A DNA stretch of 64,000 nt, taken from an uncultured Eubacteriales bacterium (lineage in GTDB: Bacteria; Bacillota; Clostridia; Christensenellales; CAG-138). Where the stretch lies: NCBI GenBank assembly GCA_902761365.1, contig CACWJZ010000006.1, positions 24,371 to 88,370 on the forward strand. The letters run 5' to 3'. Position 1 is the first letter of the stretch. Every line of letters begins with the position of its first letter. The translations under genes and the position numbers were made by a program. The notes under the pieces were generated by a model. The model was not told the origin of the DNA. It did no database searches and saw only the letters and a program-made list of their open reading frames with translations. This document shows positions 1-8,602 of the stretch, piece by piece.

Positions 1-118
1 GATCATCAGCAACCTCATTGCTACGGCCATCAACGTCATTTTGAACAAAAAGCTTCCGGCTATCGTGGAACGGGACAAGCAGAAGCGGGAAGCTAAGCTG
101 ATAAAGGAGAGAAACTGA
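1..118 (+). CDS. yidC: YidC/SpoIIIJ-type membrane protein insertase, C-terminal fragment (5' end outside window)
   Basis: Frame 2 is open from the window edge to TGA at 116-118 (..IISNLIATAINVILNKKLPAIVERDKQKREAKLIKERN). The basic C-tail and the position directly upstream of jag and mnmE fit the conserved yidC-jag-mnmE arrangement. Confidence 0.6.
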   Translation, partial: IISNLIATAINVILNKKLPAIVERDKQKREAKLIKERN

Positions 119-121
119 CCC

Positions 122-946
122 ATGAGAAGTATGGAGTTTTCCGGCAGGACGGTGGACGAGGCCATCTTCCACGGCCTGAATGAGATGGGTGTGACCATCG
201 ACCAGGTGGACATCATCACCGTGCAGAGCGAGAGTAAGGGCATCTTCGGCTTCGGTGCCCGCAACGCCATCGTGCGCCTGGTGGAGCGGGAGACCCCCGT
301 GGTCCCCGACTTTACCGCCATCAACGAAGAGCGTCGGGAACAGCGGGAGGAGCGCAAGGAGCGTCGGGATCGGAAGGACGATCGGCGCGAGAGCCGCAGC
401 GGCAAGCGCTCGGACCGTCGTCGGGAGCAGCCCAGGGAGGAGAAGGAGCCCGATGCCGCCCCCGTGGAGGAGCTGCCCTATTCCAAGGAGCTGGCCCAGG
501 AGCTGGATTCCGCCAGGTTCCTGCAGGAGCTGTTGGGCAAGATGGGTGTCAACGGCACCGTGTCCGCCTTTGAGAATGAGGAAGGGATCAAGCTGAAGAT
601 CGATTCCGATACCGATGGATTGCTGATCGGCCGTCGGGGCGAGACCCTGGATGCGTTGCAGTACATCGTTTCCCTCTATGAGAACAAGGATCGCAAAGAG
701 AACGGTTACCGCCGCATCTCCATCGACACCGAGGGCTACCGGGCCCGTCGGGAAGACACGCTCAGGCGCCTTGCCCGTCGGAACGCCCTGAAGGTGGCCA
801 AGTCCGGCCGCTCCTTCGCCATGGAGCCTATGAACCCCTACGAGCGCCGGGTCATCCACTCCGCGCTTCAGAGCTTCCGGGGCGTCACCACCCACTCTGA
901 GGGCGACGAGCCCAATCGCCGGGTCATCATCACGCCGGAGGAGTAA
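122..946 (+). CDS. jag: Jag/KhpB RNA-binding protein (Jag-N, KH, R3H domains)
   Basis: 274-aa ORF with N-terminus MEFSGRTVDEAIFHGLNEMGV. It has a charged Arg/Glu linker and a C-terminal R3H-type motif (YERRVIHSALQSF..THSEGDEPNRRVIITP). An AAGGAG RBS lies upstream. Confidence 0.9.
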   Translation: MRSMEFSGRTVDEAIFHGLNEMGVTIDQVDIITVQSESKGIFGFGARNAIVRLVERETPVVPDFTAINEERREQREERKERRDRKDDRRESRSGKRSDRRREQPREEKEPDAAPVEELPYSKELAQELDSARFLQELLGKMGVNGTVSAFENEEGIKLKIDSDTDGLLIGRRGETLDALQYIVSLYENKDRKENGYRRISIDTEGYRARREDTLRRLARRNALKVAKSGRSFAMEPMNPYERRVIHSALQSFRGVTTHSEGDEPNRRVIITPEE

Positions 947-965
947 GGAAAGATTCCTTGCCTTT

Positions 966-1101
966 GCCGCTTTTTCTCTTTAGACAAAGAAGAAAAAACG
1001 GCGCAAAAAGAGAAACTTAAGAAAGAAAAAGGGATAGTCCCATAGTGCTTCTTTCCTTCTTACAGTTCTTTTGGACACCTTTTCTTCCAAGAAAAGGTGT
1101 C
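966..1101. repeat. Composite three-hairpin purine/pyrimidine-tract element, copy 1 (X-M-Y order)
   Basis: Hairpin X is 966-1002 (GCCGCTTTTTCTC..AGAAAAAACGGC). The 72-nt imperfect palindrome M is 1003-1074. Hairpin Y is 1074-1101 (GACACCTTTTCTTccAAGAAAAGGTGTC). The reverse complement of M matches 2483-2555 at 17/18 and 18/20 positions at its two ends. Confidence 0.8.
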
Positions 1102-1136
1102 CGCTTTGTTAAATACCTCTACAAGAAGGGTTCACC

Positions 1137-2438
1137 ATGACAGCAGACACCATCTATGCCCCCTCCACCGCCATCGGCGGGGCCATTGCCCTGATCCGGG
1201 TGTCGGGGCCCCTGTGCCCGAGTATCGCCCGGGAGATGCTGGATCGGGACGTGACCAGGACGCCCCGGGTGCTGCGCTTCGTGCGCCTGTTGGACGGGGA
1301 GCAGGTGCTGGACGACGGCATGGCCTGCTTCCTGCCGGGGCAGGGGACCTACACCGGGGAGGACATGCTGGAGCTCTCCTGCCACGGCGGCAGCCGCACG
1401 GTGGCCCGCTTGCTGGAGCGGCTGAGCCGTACGGGCGCTCGCCCTGCGGAGCCGGGGGAGTTCACCAAGCGGGCCTTTCTCAACGGCAAGATGGATCTTT
1501 CCGAGGCGGAGGCGGTCATGGACGTGGTCTCTGCTCGGGCGGAGGAGAGCCTGAAGGCGGCCTTAGAGCAGCTTCATGGAAAGCTGTCGGAGCGGATCAA
1601 TGGCATCGAGGAGCTGTTGCTGGACAGCCTGTCCGCCATCGACGCGGCGGTGGACTATCCCGACGAGGTGGAGGAGGATGTGTCTCTGGCGCTGCCCGAA
1701 AGCCTGACAAAGGCTCAGCGGGAAATCGACGCCCTGATTGCAGAAGGGCGGCAGGGGCGGGTCCTGCGGGAGGGGGTCTACGTGGCCCTGGTGGGGCGGC
1801 CCAACGTGGGCAAGAGCTCCCTGCTGAACGCCCTCATCGGCACAGATCGGGCTATCGTCACGGACCTCCCTGGCACCACCCGGGACACCCTGGATGAGGA
1901 GACCGCCTTCTTCGGCGTGCCCGTGCGCCTGGTGGACACGGCGGGCATCCGGGATAGCGGGGACGTGGTGGAGCGGATCGGCATCGACCGGGCCAAGGCT
2001 GCCCTTGAACGGGCGGACGTGGTGGTCCTCCTTCTGGACGGCACCCAAGCCCTGACCGAGGAGGACGCCAACCTCATGTCTCTGACCGAGGGCAAGAACC
2101 GATTGATCCTCCGCAGCAAGGGCGACCTTTTACAGGCGCGGGACAGCTTCGGGGAACTGATCGTCAGCGCCAGGACCGGTGACGGTTTGGACGAATTGAA
2201 GCGCCGCATCGTAGCCCTGTCCGGCGCCAAGGAAGGCGCGGCCATCACCAACGAGCGACACATCAAGGCCCTCGAGAACGCCCGGGACGCCCTCATACAC
2301 GCCCGCACCGCCCATGAACTGACCCTTATCGCCACGGACATCCGCGACGCCCTCCATCACCTGGGCGCTATCACCGGCCGGGACGTGGACGCCACCGTCA
2401 TCGATCGTATCTTCGCTCGGTTTTGCGTGGGGAAATAG
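1137..2438 (+). CDS. mnmE: tRNA modification GTPase MnmE (TrmE)
   Basis: 433 aa with a G-domain (GRPNVGKSSLLNAL, DLPGTTRD, DTAGIR) and the family-typical C-terminal FCVGK. Confidence 0.95.
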   Translation: MTADTIYAPSTAIGGAIALIRVSGPLCPSIAREMLDRDVTRTPRVLRFVRLLDGEQVLDDGMACFLPGQGTYTGEDMLELSCHGGSRTVARLLERLSRTGARPAEPGEFTKRAFLNGKMDLSEAEAVMDVVSARAEESLKAALEQLHGKLSERINGIEELLLDSLSAIDAAVDYPDEVEEDVSLALPESLTKAQREIDALIAEGRQGRVLREGVYVALVGRPNVGKSSLLNALIGTDRAIVTDLPGTTRDTLDEETAFFGVPVRLVDTAGIRDSGDVVERIGIDRAKAALERADVVVLLLDGTQALTEEDANLMSLTEGKNRLILRSKGDLLQARDSFGELIVSARTGDGLDELKRRIVALSGAKEGAAITNERHIKALENARDALIHARTAHELTLIATDIRDALHHLGAITGRDVDATVIDRIFARFCVGK

Positions 2439-2456
2439 AGGAATCATTGGAAGCTT

Positions 2457-2586
2457 GCGTCTTTTCTTGAAAGAAAAGACGCCCAAAAGAACTTTAAGAA
2501 AACTAAAAAGCTTAAGAGGACATCCCATATTGTCTTCTTAAGCTTCTCTTTTTGGTCCTTTTTCTCTTCACCGAAGAGAAAAAGGG
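2457..2586. repeat. Composite three-hairpin element, copy 2, inverted relative to copy 1 (Y-M-X order)
   Basis: Hairpin Y is 2457-2482 (GCGTCTTTTCTTgaAAGAAAAGACGC). Palindrome M is 2483-2555, with arms AGCTTAAGAGGACA / TGTCTTCTTAAGCT. Hairpin X is 2556-2586 (CCTTTTTCTCTTCaccGAAGAGAAAAAGG). Confidence 0.8.
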
Positions 2587-2603
2587 CATATAAACAAAAC
2601 AAT

Positions 2604-2849
2604 CTAATCCTCGTACTCCTCCGGCTTCATGGGCCCATGGAAGGGGTCCGCGTAGCCGTCCTCCTCTTTGTCCAGAAACTGGCGGTTCAGCAGGACCATC
2701 CGCAGCTGCTCCGGGCTCAGGGGGCTCCCGCCCTCAGGGGAAATACAGGCGGAGCAGGTATAGAAGCATTGGGGGCAGACGCAGCCGCTTTCCACGCCCT
2801 GCTCCCGCTGGACCATATAGGTGCCGCATACCTTGCAGCTGCAGCGCAT
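2604..2849 (-). CDS. Small Cys-rich (zinc-ribbon-like) hypothetical protein
   Basis: The internal ATG at 2849 is preceded by AAAGGAGACGG. The product MRCSCKVCGTYMVQREQGVESGCVCPQCFYTCSAC.. carries several CxxC-type pairs and an acidic C-tail. I cannot recognise a family. Confidence 0.5.
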   Translation of the reverse strand: MRCSCKVCGTYMVQREQGVESGCVCPQCFYTCSACISPEGGSPLSPEQLRMVLLNRQFLDKEEDGYADPFHGPMKPEEYED

Positions 2850-2933
2850 TTGACCGTCTCCTTTTCGTATCTTTTGTAAATTCAGTATAGCACACCCTTC
2901 CCCCAAACACAAGGAACATGGTATACTCCCAGT

Positions 2934-3650
2934 ATGAAACGTATGCTCATGCTCCTGCTGGTCCTGGCGTGCCTATGCGCAGGCGTCACGGCCCTGGCGG
3001 AGGAAAAGGAAAGAGAGACCGTGTCCCTGGGCAGCAAGGGTCAGCTGGTGGTGCGTGTCCAGCAGCGGCTCAGCGACCTGGGGTATTACGCCTACAAACC
3101 TACGGGCAGCTACCAGGCGGTGACCCGGCGGGCGGTCCTCGCCTATGAACGGGCCGCCGGCGTCCGGCAGGATGGCCGCCTGACCCCGGAGGAGCAGGAC
3201 GGGCTCTTTTCCGCCTGGGCGTCCCGGGCGCCCTTTGCGGCGTCGGTGCCCCTGAGCTTCACCGCCCAAAGCAGCTTTTTTCAGGTGACCGGAGAGCTGT
3301 GGGACTGGTCTGAAGTAAAAAAGCAGCTCACGGAAGGGGAGGCCTATGCCGTCACCAACTGCGCCACGGGGGAAAGCTGCCAGATGGTATTTGCGGGCGG
3401 GGAGAATCATGCCCACATGACCCCGGCCAAGCAGGCCGTCAATGGGCAGATGTTGACCAAATGGCTGGGGGAGAGCAACAGCTACTATAAAATTGCCGTG
3501 ACGGTGACCGTGGGCGAGAAGCGGGTGGCCGCCTCCCTGCAGTACGACAATGACGTGGCCCACGTCTACTTCCAGGGCAGCACTTCCCAGGTGCTGAACT
3601 TTTCCGATGTGGAGCACGACAGCCTTATCCGCCGGGCGGCGGGCCGGTAG
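2934..3650 (+). CDS. Secreted protein with an N-terminal peptidoglycan-binding (PG_binding_1-like) domain
   Basis: Signal peptide MKRMLMLLLVLACLCAGVTALA. It is followed by LGSKGQLVVRVQQRLSDLGYY..TGSYQAVTRRAVLAYERAAGVRQDGRLTPEE, typical of the PG-binding repeat. Confidence 0.65.
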   Translation: MKRMLMLLLVLACLCAGVTALAEEKERETVSLGSKGQLVVRVQQRLSDLGYYAYKPTGSYQAVTRRAVLAYERAAGVRQDGRLTPEEQDGLFSAWASRAPFAASVPLSFTAQSSFFQVTGELWDWSEVKKQLTEGEAYAVTNCATGESCQMVFAGGENHAHMTPAKQAVNGQMLTKWLGESNSYYKIAVTVTVGEKRVAASLQYDNDVAHVYFQGSTSQVLNFSDVEHDSLIRRAAGR

Positions 3651-4481
3651 CTATCGTGGACGGCCTGCCAGAATGTGCAGATGGATGGTGACCTTTGTGA
3701 GAGCAGCCAGATCCAGCTGCTCTTTTTCTATGCCCTGGGTGAGCGGCGTCATGGCGATAAGGTCCGCCGCCTGGGACGGCGTCAGGGGGTAGGTGCTGCA
3801 GATTTCCTCGGTTTCCAGGAGCTCAAACTTTTCTTTGAAGAGTTGCAGCACCCGCTCGTTGCTGTACGTTTCGCGGCGCAGCCTGTCCCTTGCCAGGGCG
3901 CGGACCTCCTGGAGATACCGTTCGCCCGGCACCACCTTCAGCACTGCCCCGCCGGGCAGAAGCACCCGGCGAAACTCCGGATAGTTGGCGGGGGAGAGGA
4001 TGTTCAAGATGGCGGCCATGCTGCCCTCCGCAAGGGGCAGGCGGCTGAGATCACCCACCGCCCACAGCCAGCCGCCACCGCCCCGGGCCGCCCGCTGGAC
4101 GCCGGGCCGGGAGAGATCGAGGCCGAGACAGGCTCGCGCCGACGGGTCGGGCAGGATGGCCTTCAAAAAGCTCCCCTCCCCACAGCCTGCGTCCAAAACG
4201 GGCCCGGCAGGGGCATACCTGTCCAGCAAGGTACGCAGCCGCTCGATCAGCTCCTCATAGAATCCGCCGGCGATGAACCGGCTCCGGCTGTCGAACAGGT
4301 CGTCGTCGTAGGCGCCGGCTCTGGCAGCGGGACAAAAGTCCACATACCCCTTCTTGGAGAGGGCAAAGTCGTGTCCCGCGTCGCAGCGCAGGGAGGTCTC
4401 CCCGGCCGTCATTCGGCCGCGGCACAGGGAGCAGCGGAACAGGGCTGCGCTATTCAGGATCGGTTGCATTCGCTGGTGCAT
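3651..4481 (-). CDS. rlmA: 23S rRNA (guanine-N1)-methyltransferase, RlmA family
   Basis: N-terminal Zn-binding pattern (FRCSLC..LRCDAGHDFALSKKGYVDF) followed by a SAM motif (VLDAGCGEGSF). This layout parallels E. coli RlmA. Confidence 0.8.
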   Translation of the reverse strand: MHQRMQPILNSAALFRCSLCRGRMTAGETSLRCDAGHDFALSKKGYVDFCPAARAGAYDDDLFDSRSRFIAGGFYEELIERLRTLLDRYAPAGPVLDAGCGEGSFLKAILPDPSARACLGLDLSRPGVQRAARGGGGWLWAVGDLSRLPLAEGSMAAILNILSPANYPEFRRVLLPGGAVLKVVPGERYLQEVRALARDRLRRETYSNERVLQLFKEKFELLETEEICSTYPLTPSQAADLIAMTPLTQGIEKEQLDLAALTKVTIHLHILAGRPR

Positions 4482-4560
4482 GGCTACAGTATACTATGGA
4501 AGGGTCCCAAAATCTACCCGCTCCTTGACAAAAACCCGCCGCTCCGCCCATAATAGGGGC

Positions 4561-5883
4561 ATGATACCTGAGTATGTCAACTTCATCCTTTCCCTGCTCC
4601 GGCAGGCGAACTACAAGGCCTATGCCGTGGGTGGCTGCGTGCGGGACGTTCTGCGGGGCGTGACCCCTCACGACTGGGACGTGTGCACCTCCGCCCGGCC
4701 GGAGGAGATCGAGCGGGTCTTCGCGGACCTGCCCCAGATCCATACGGGCAAGAAGCACGGCACCGTGGCGGTCGTCGTGGCGCACAAAACGGTGGAGATC
4801 ACCACCTTTCGGGCGGATGGGGCCTACCTCGACCATCGTCACCCTGCAGGCGTGACTTTCCTCTCCGATCTGGAAGGGGACCTTTCCCGCCGGGATTTCA
4901 CCATCAACGCCATGGCCTTGGATGAAACAGAGCGGCCTATCGACCGCTTTGGGGGCCAGAAGGACCTGCAGGACAGGATCATCCGCACCGTAGGCGACCC
5001 CGTAGAGCGCTTCCGGGAGGACGGCCTGCGCATTCTGCGGGGGCTGCGGTTTGCGTCCCGATTGGATTTTGAAATCGAGCCAGCCACCGCCCGGGCCATG
5101 CTCGCAGAACGGGACCTGCTGCTGGGCATCAGCGCCGAGCGCATCTTTTCCGAGCTGAAGGGCATTCTCATCGGCCCCGGGGCGGGCCGCATCCTGCGGG
5201 CCTTTGCGCCCATATGTTTCGCCATATTGCCGGAATTGGCCCCCATGGCGGGCTTCGAGCAGCACAGCCCCTACCACGACAGCAACGTGTGGGAACACAC
5301 GATCCGGGCGCTTGAAGCGAGCCCCGCCAATCCTATCTTCCGCCTGGGGCTGCTCTTCCACGACTGCGGCAAGCCCGCCTGCTTCACCCGGGACGAGACC
5401 GGCCGGGGCCACTTCTATGGCCACCCCCAGAAGAGCCGGGAGCTGGCAGAGGGGGCCCTTCGCCGATTGAAGTGCGACACCGCCACCCTGGACAGGGTGC
5501 TGTATCTCATCGAGAGGCATGACACCTGGCTGCCCGAGACGGAGAAAAACATGCGCCGGTTCCTGCTCCACGAGGACGTGGACCGGGTGCGGGACCTGCT
5601 GGCGGTCCAGCGCTGCGACGCCTTGGCCCACGCCCCTGTTGGCCGAGACCCGGCGTTGCGGAACATTGAGAAGTGGGAGCAGCTTTTGAACGCGGTCCTG
5701 GCCCAAAAGCCCTGCCTTTCCCTGAAGACCCTGGCCGTTTCCGGCGACGACCTCCTGTCCCTGGGCATGGCCCCCGGGCCAGCCGTAGGCCGACTTTTGA
5801 ACGATATGCTCCGCGAGGTGGCGGACGGTACGCTGAAGAACGACCGGGAAGCCCTCCTTGTCTACGCTGAAGCACATATTTAA
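4561..5883 (+). CDS. cca: CCA-adding tRNA nucleotidyltransferase with HD domain
   Basis: Start chosen at MIPEYVNFILSLL. PolyA-polymerase head motifs are present (YAVGGCVRD, DWDVCT, RRDFTINA). The C-terminal region is HD-like (LLFHDCGKP, HFYGH). Confidence 0.9.
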   Translation: MIPEYVNFILSLLRQANYKAYAVGGCVRDVLRGVTPHDWDVCTSARPEEIERVFADLPQIHTGKKHGTVAVVVAHKTVEITTFRADGAYLDHRHPAGVTFLSDLEGDLSRRDFTINAMALDETERPIDRFGGQKDLQDRIIRTVGDPVERFREDGLRILRGLRFASRLDFEIEPATARAMLAERDLLLGISAERIFSELKGILIGPGAGRILRAFAPICFAILPELAPMAGFEQHSPYHDSNVWEHTIRALEASPANPIFRLGLLFHDCGKPACFTRDETGRGHFYGHPQKSRELAEGALRRLKCDTATLDRVLYLIERHDTWLPETEKNMRRFLLHEDVDRVRDLLAVQRCDALAHAPVGRDPALRNIEKWEQLLNAVLAQKPCLSLKTLAVSGDDLLSLGMAPGPAVGRLLNDMLREVADGTLKNDREALLVYAEAHI

Positions 5884-5956
5884 TACCTGTTCGCAACAAT
5901 TTTGCGCCTCCCGTCGTCTAATCAGTAGATGATCATCCAAGCAGAAAGGAGCGCGT

Positions 5957-6396
5957 ATGAGCAGCCACGAAAACGACGCCTGGTTCTCCCGTGAGATCGA
6001 GAAGCTGGGGCCGACCCTGTTTCGCGTCGCCTTTGCCATTTTGCGCAACCGGACCTCGGTACGCTGAAGCAGCGCCGGTATTTTAAGACCTGGCTCATCC
6101 AGATCCTGAAAAACGAGTGCTTCGACATGCTCAAGCGCCGCCGTCCCACCCTGGACGTGGAGGGGCAGGGGGAGCTGAGCTATGAGATGGCTGTACCCGA
6201 TCTGGACCTCAACCGGGCCTTCGACCAGCTGAGCCCCGAGGAGCGCCTCACCATCACCCTCTACTATTACGAAGGCTACGACACCCGGGAGATCGCCACC
6301 CTCACCGAGGTCAGCGAAGGGACGGTCCGCAGCCGCCTCTCCCGGGGCCGGTCCAGCCTTCGCGCCATGCTGCAGGAAAAGGAGGCAGCCAGATGA
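5957..6396 (+). pseudogene. ECF-type sigma-70 family factor, disrupted (frameshift plus loss of region 2.1/2.2)
   Basis: ATG 5957, with RBS AAAGGAG, encodes MSSHENDAWFSREIEKLGPTLFRVAFAILRNRTSVR and stops at TGA 6065-6067. A different frame, open from 5995, continues ..LGTLKQRRYFKTWLIQILKNECFDMLKRRRP.. through a region-4 HTH (YYYEGYDTREIATLTEVSEGTVRSRLSRGRSSL) to 6396. The residues normally found between ILRN and YFKTWL are absent. Confidence 0.7.
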
Positions 6397-8471
6397 AGAA
6401 AAAGGATTTTGACAACAGACTGCAAAACGATCTGTTCCCCGACATGCCCGCATCCTTTGAACGGGGATTGAAGAAGGCGTTGGAACAGGAAGGCGTGCGC
6501 GCCAGGAAACGGCCCACGGCTACGGGCATCTTTACCGCAGCCGTTAGCGTGGTGGCAGCCGCCGCCTGCTTGGTGATCGTGCTCATTGGTGTCCTGGGCG
6601 GAGGAAAGGGCAAAACCAACGCCGCTGCGCAGGTGGAAGCCACGAGTACGCCCCAGATGGCCCAGCCCACGCCCATGGATCAGCCCACCCCCATACCCAT
6701 GGATCAGCCCACGCCCATGCCCCTTGCTGCCCAATGGGACACCAAGGTCATCCCCCTGAACGAATCCTTCGACTTTGAGAACAAGGAAAAAAACGAGGCG
6801 CTGTATCAGGGCATCCTGAGCTATTTGAAGAATAAAGGCGAAGCGGAGCCTGAGGAGCTGTGGCTCTGCGCCATGAAGCTTCGCCGGGTGGGAGAAACGG
6901 CGACAGACGGGTATTACGTCCTGGCCCAGCACAGCTTCGACGGCAAGGACGGACCGGAGCTCTATTGCCTGTCGGACGATTTTGAAGTCCTCTGGGCCAC
7001 GGAGGGCAGCGGCCAGGGCCCCAACCACGCTGTCCGTCCGGAGGAGGACAGCTATACCGTACGGGCCCAGCGCCATTTTCTCTACGGCACGGAACCCATG
7101 ATCGCCGAGCCGGGCATCCCCCATGTGAAACGTGGCGCCGTGGTGGGCGCTAACCCGGGGACCGACATCGAATTCAGCATGGCGGCCTCAATCACTGAGG
7201 TGCAAAACCGCCTGGCTGATGCCGACAGCGCCAATCCCGGTGCGGCCCGGGAATACTTCCTGGTGACCGTGCCCGCCGGAAGCTGGGACGCCGTCATGGA
7301 AGCTCACACCCTTCGTTTCGAGACGGAGGAGGGGCCGGTGGACGTGGATATGGAAAAAGAGCTGCCCACGGTTGGGACCGTGCAAAATACTGTAATGCCC
7401 CAGCCGACGCCCATTGCGGAGGTCCAGGGCGTGGAGTATTGGCTGTCCCAAAACCAGCCCCTGATTCGGGACTTCACTGACGACTGGTACGGGGAGGCGG
7501 CCGTAGAGCAGTACGCCGAGGCCGTCCGCCGGGCCCTGTTGGTCAGCGGAGAGCATATCCAGGACGAGCTGTGGATCTGCGGCGTGGCCAGTGATGCAGA
7601 GCATACGGACGGAACGCCGCCCACGTCCGTCTATGTGCTGGCCCTGAACGTGGGCGATGGGGAGCCGTCCCCGGAGCTGTTCTACTACGAGAACGGCCTC
7701 ATCCTTTGGATGACCCAGGGGGCGGACATAGAGACGGTCAACGTGGTCTACCACCACGGAAACACTATCGTCTTCGGCAAGTCCCCGGCCTTCGACAACC
7801 GGCCTCTCGCCATGACCTACGGCAAGCTGACGTTGGAGAACGGGGACGACGAGCTGGTGCCGGTCCTGCCCCTCGATCAGATCCGGCAGCGCATCACGGG
7901 CGGTCCCTACTATTACTCGGCGCGGGAGTGCTACCTGTGGAAGGATGGGGAGAAGCACGAGATCAAAAAGCTGACCATTGCAGCGGAGGTCAACGGCAAG
8001 AGCAAGGCGTTCGCACTTCATACGATCAACGTCCTCACGCCTCAGAGTATCCCCAACATGGCTGTAAAATCTGGCGGCATGGTCTATCCCGGCCGGGTGA
8101 CTCTGATGGCTCACAGCCTGAACGAGGACGGCGTGGCGGCGGATGGGATGCCGCCCCTGGAGGAGGTCATGGAAAACGGGATCCTGTTCCAGAATACCTA
8201 TATATGGCAGCGGCCGTTGACCATCCTCACCGCTTCGGACGCCGTGAGCGTGGACGGGGTGGACGTCTACCTGGTGAACGACGGGAACAGCGCCATGCAG
8301 GCGACGGGACAGCTGGACGGAGCCGATCTCAGCCTGGCAGACCTTGATGAGCTGCCCCCGGGCGAATACTACCTATGCTTCCACACCACCGCTTTGGGCC
8401 CCTATTCGGAGAAGATCGGGCGTTACACCTTCCAAACGGATTTCACCATCTACAAGGTGACCCTGAAATGA
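6393..8471 (+). CDS. Single-pass membrane protein with a large extracytoplasmic region; putative anti-sigma partner of the upstream ECF gene
   Basis: ATG overlaps the sigma stop (ATGA), with a strong AAGGAGG RBS. A short cytoplasmic N-terminus is followed by a TM segment (IFTAAVSVVAAAACLVIVLIGVL), a Pro-rich linker and an internally duplicated roughly 200-aa module. The anti-sigma role is inferred from position only. Confidence 0.5.
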   Translation: MKKKDFDNRLQNDLFPDMPASFERGLKKALEQEGVRARKRPTATGIFTAAVSVVAAAACLVIVLIGVLGGGKGKTNAAAQVEATSTPQMAQPTPMDQPTPIPMDQPTPMPLAAQWDTKVIPLNESFDFENKEKNEALYQGILSYLKNKGEAEPEELWLCAMKLRRVGETATDGYYVLAQHSFDGKDGPELYCLSDDFEVLWATEGSGQGPNHAVRPEEDSYTVRAQRHFLYGTEPMIAEPGIPHVKRGAVVGANPGTDIEFSMAASITEVQNRLADADSANPGAAREYFLVTVPAGSWDAVMEAHTLRFETEEGPVDVDMEKELPTVGTVQNTVMPQPTPIAEVQGVEYWLSQNQPLIRDFTDDWYGEAAVEQYAEAVRRALLVSGEHIQDELWICGVASDAEHTDGTPPTSVYVLALNVGDGEPSPELFYYENGLILWMTQGADIETVNVVYHHGNTIVFGKSPAFDNRPLAMTYGKLTLENGDDELVPVLPLDQIRQRITGGPYYYSARECYLWKDGEKHEIKKLTIAAEVNGKSKAFALHTINVLTPQSIPNMAVKSGGMVYPGRVTLMAHSLNEDGVAADGMPPLEEVMENGILFQNTYIWQRPLTILTASDAVSVDGVDVYLVNDGNSAMQATGQLDGADLSLADLDELPPGEYYLCFHTTALGPYSEKIGRYTFQTDFTIYKVTLK
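6663..6722 (+). repeat. In-frame short tandem repeat encoding QPTPMDQPTPIPMDQPTPMP
   Basis: CAGCCCAC(G/C)CCCAT occurs three times, starting at 6663, 6681 and 6705. Confidence 0.8.
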
Positions 8472-8602
8472 TGACGACACAAGGCTCTGCCAAAACCTGG
8501 CAGAGCCTTTTCACTGTTCACGATTTGTTGATTTCTTGTCCGCTTTTTTGTTGCACATATCCTGTACAATAGGCTCAAGAACAAGCCGAAAGGTGGGATT
8601 CT

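Noticed and set aside
1-2600. Replication origin or DnaA-box cluster, because yidC-jag-mnmE usually lie near oriC
   Set aside because: I found no cluster of TTATCCACA-like boxes in the intergenic regions. The only close match seen (TTATCCACC near 53985) is isolated inside a CDS. The AT-rich spacers here are explained by the hairpin repeat element.
4450-6453. 667-aa ORF on the minus strand
   Set aside because: It is antisense to the well-supported cca gene and the ECF sigma remnant. Its composition is Gly/Ala/Pro/Arg/Val-rich with no RBS and no motif. This is a typical shadow ORF of GC-rich DNA.
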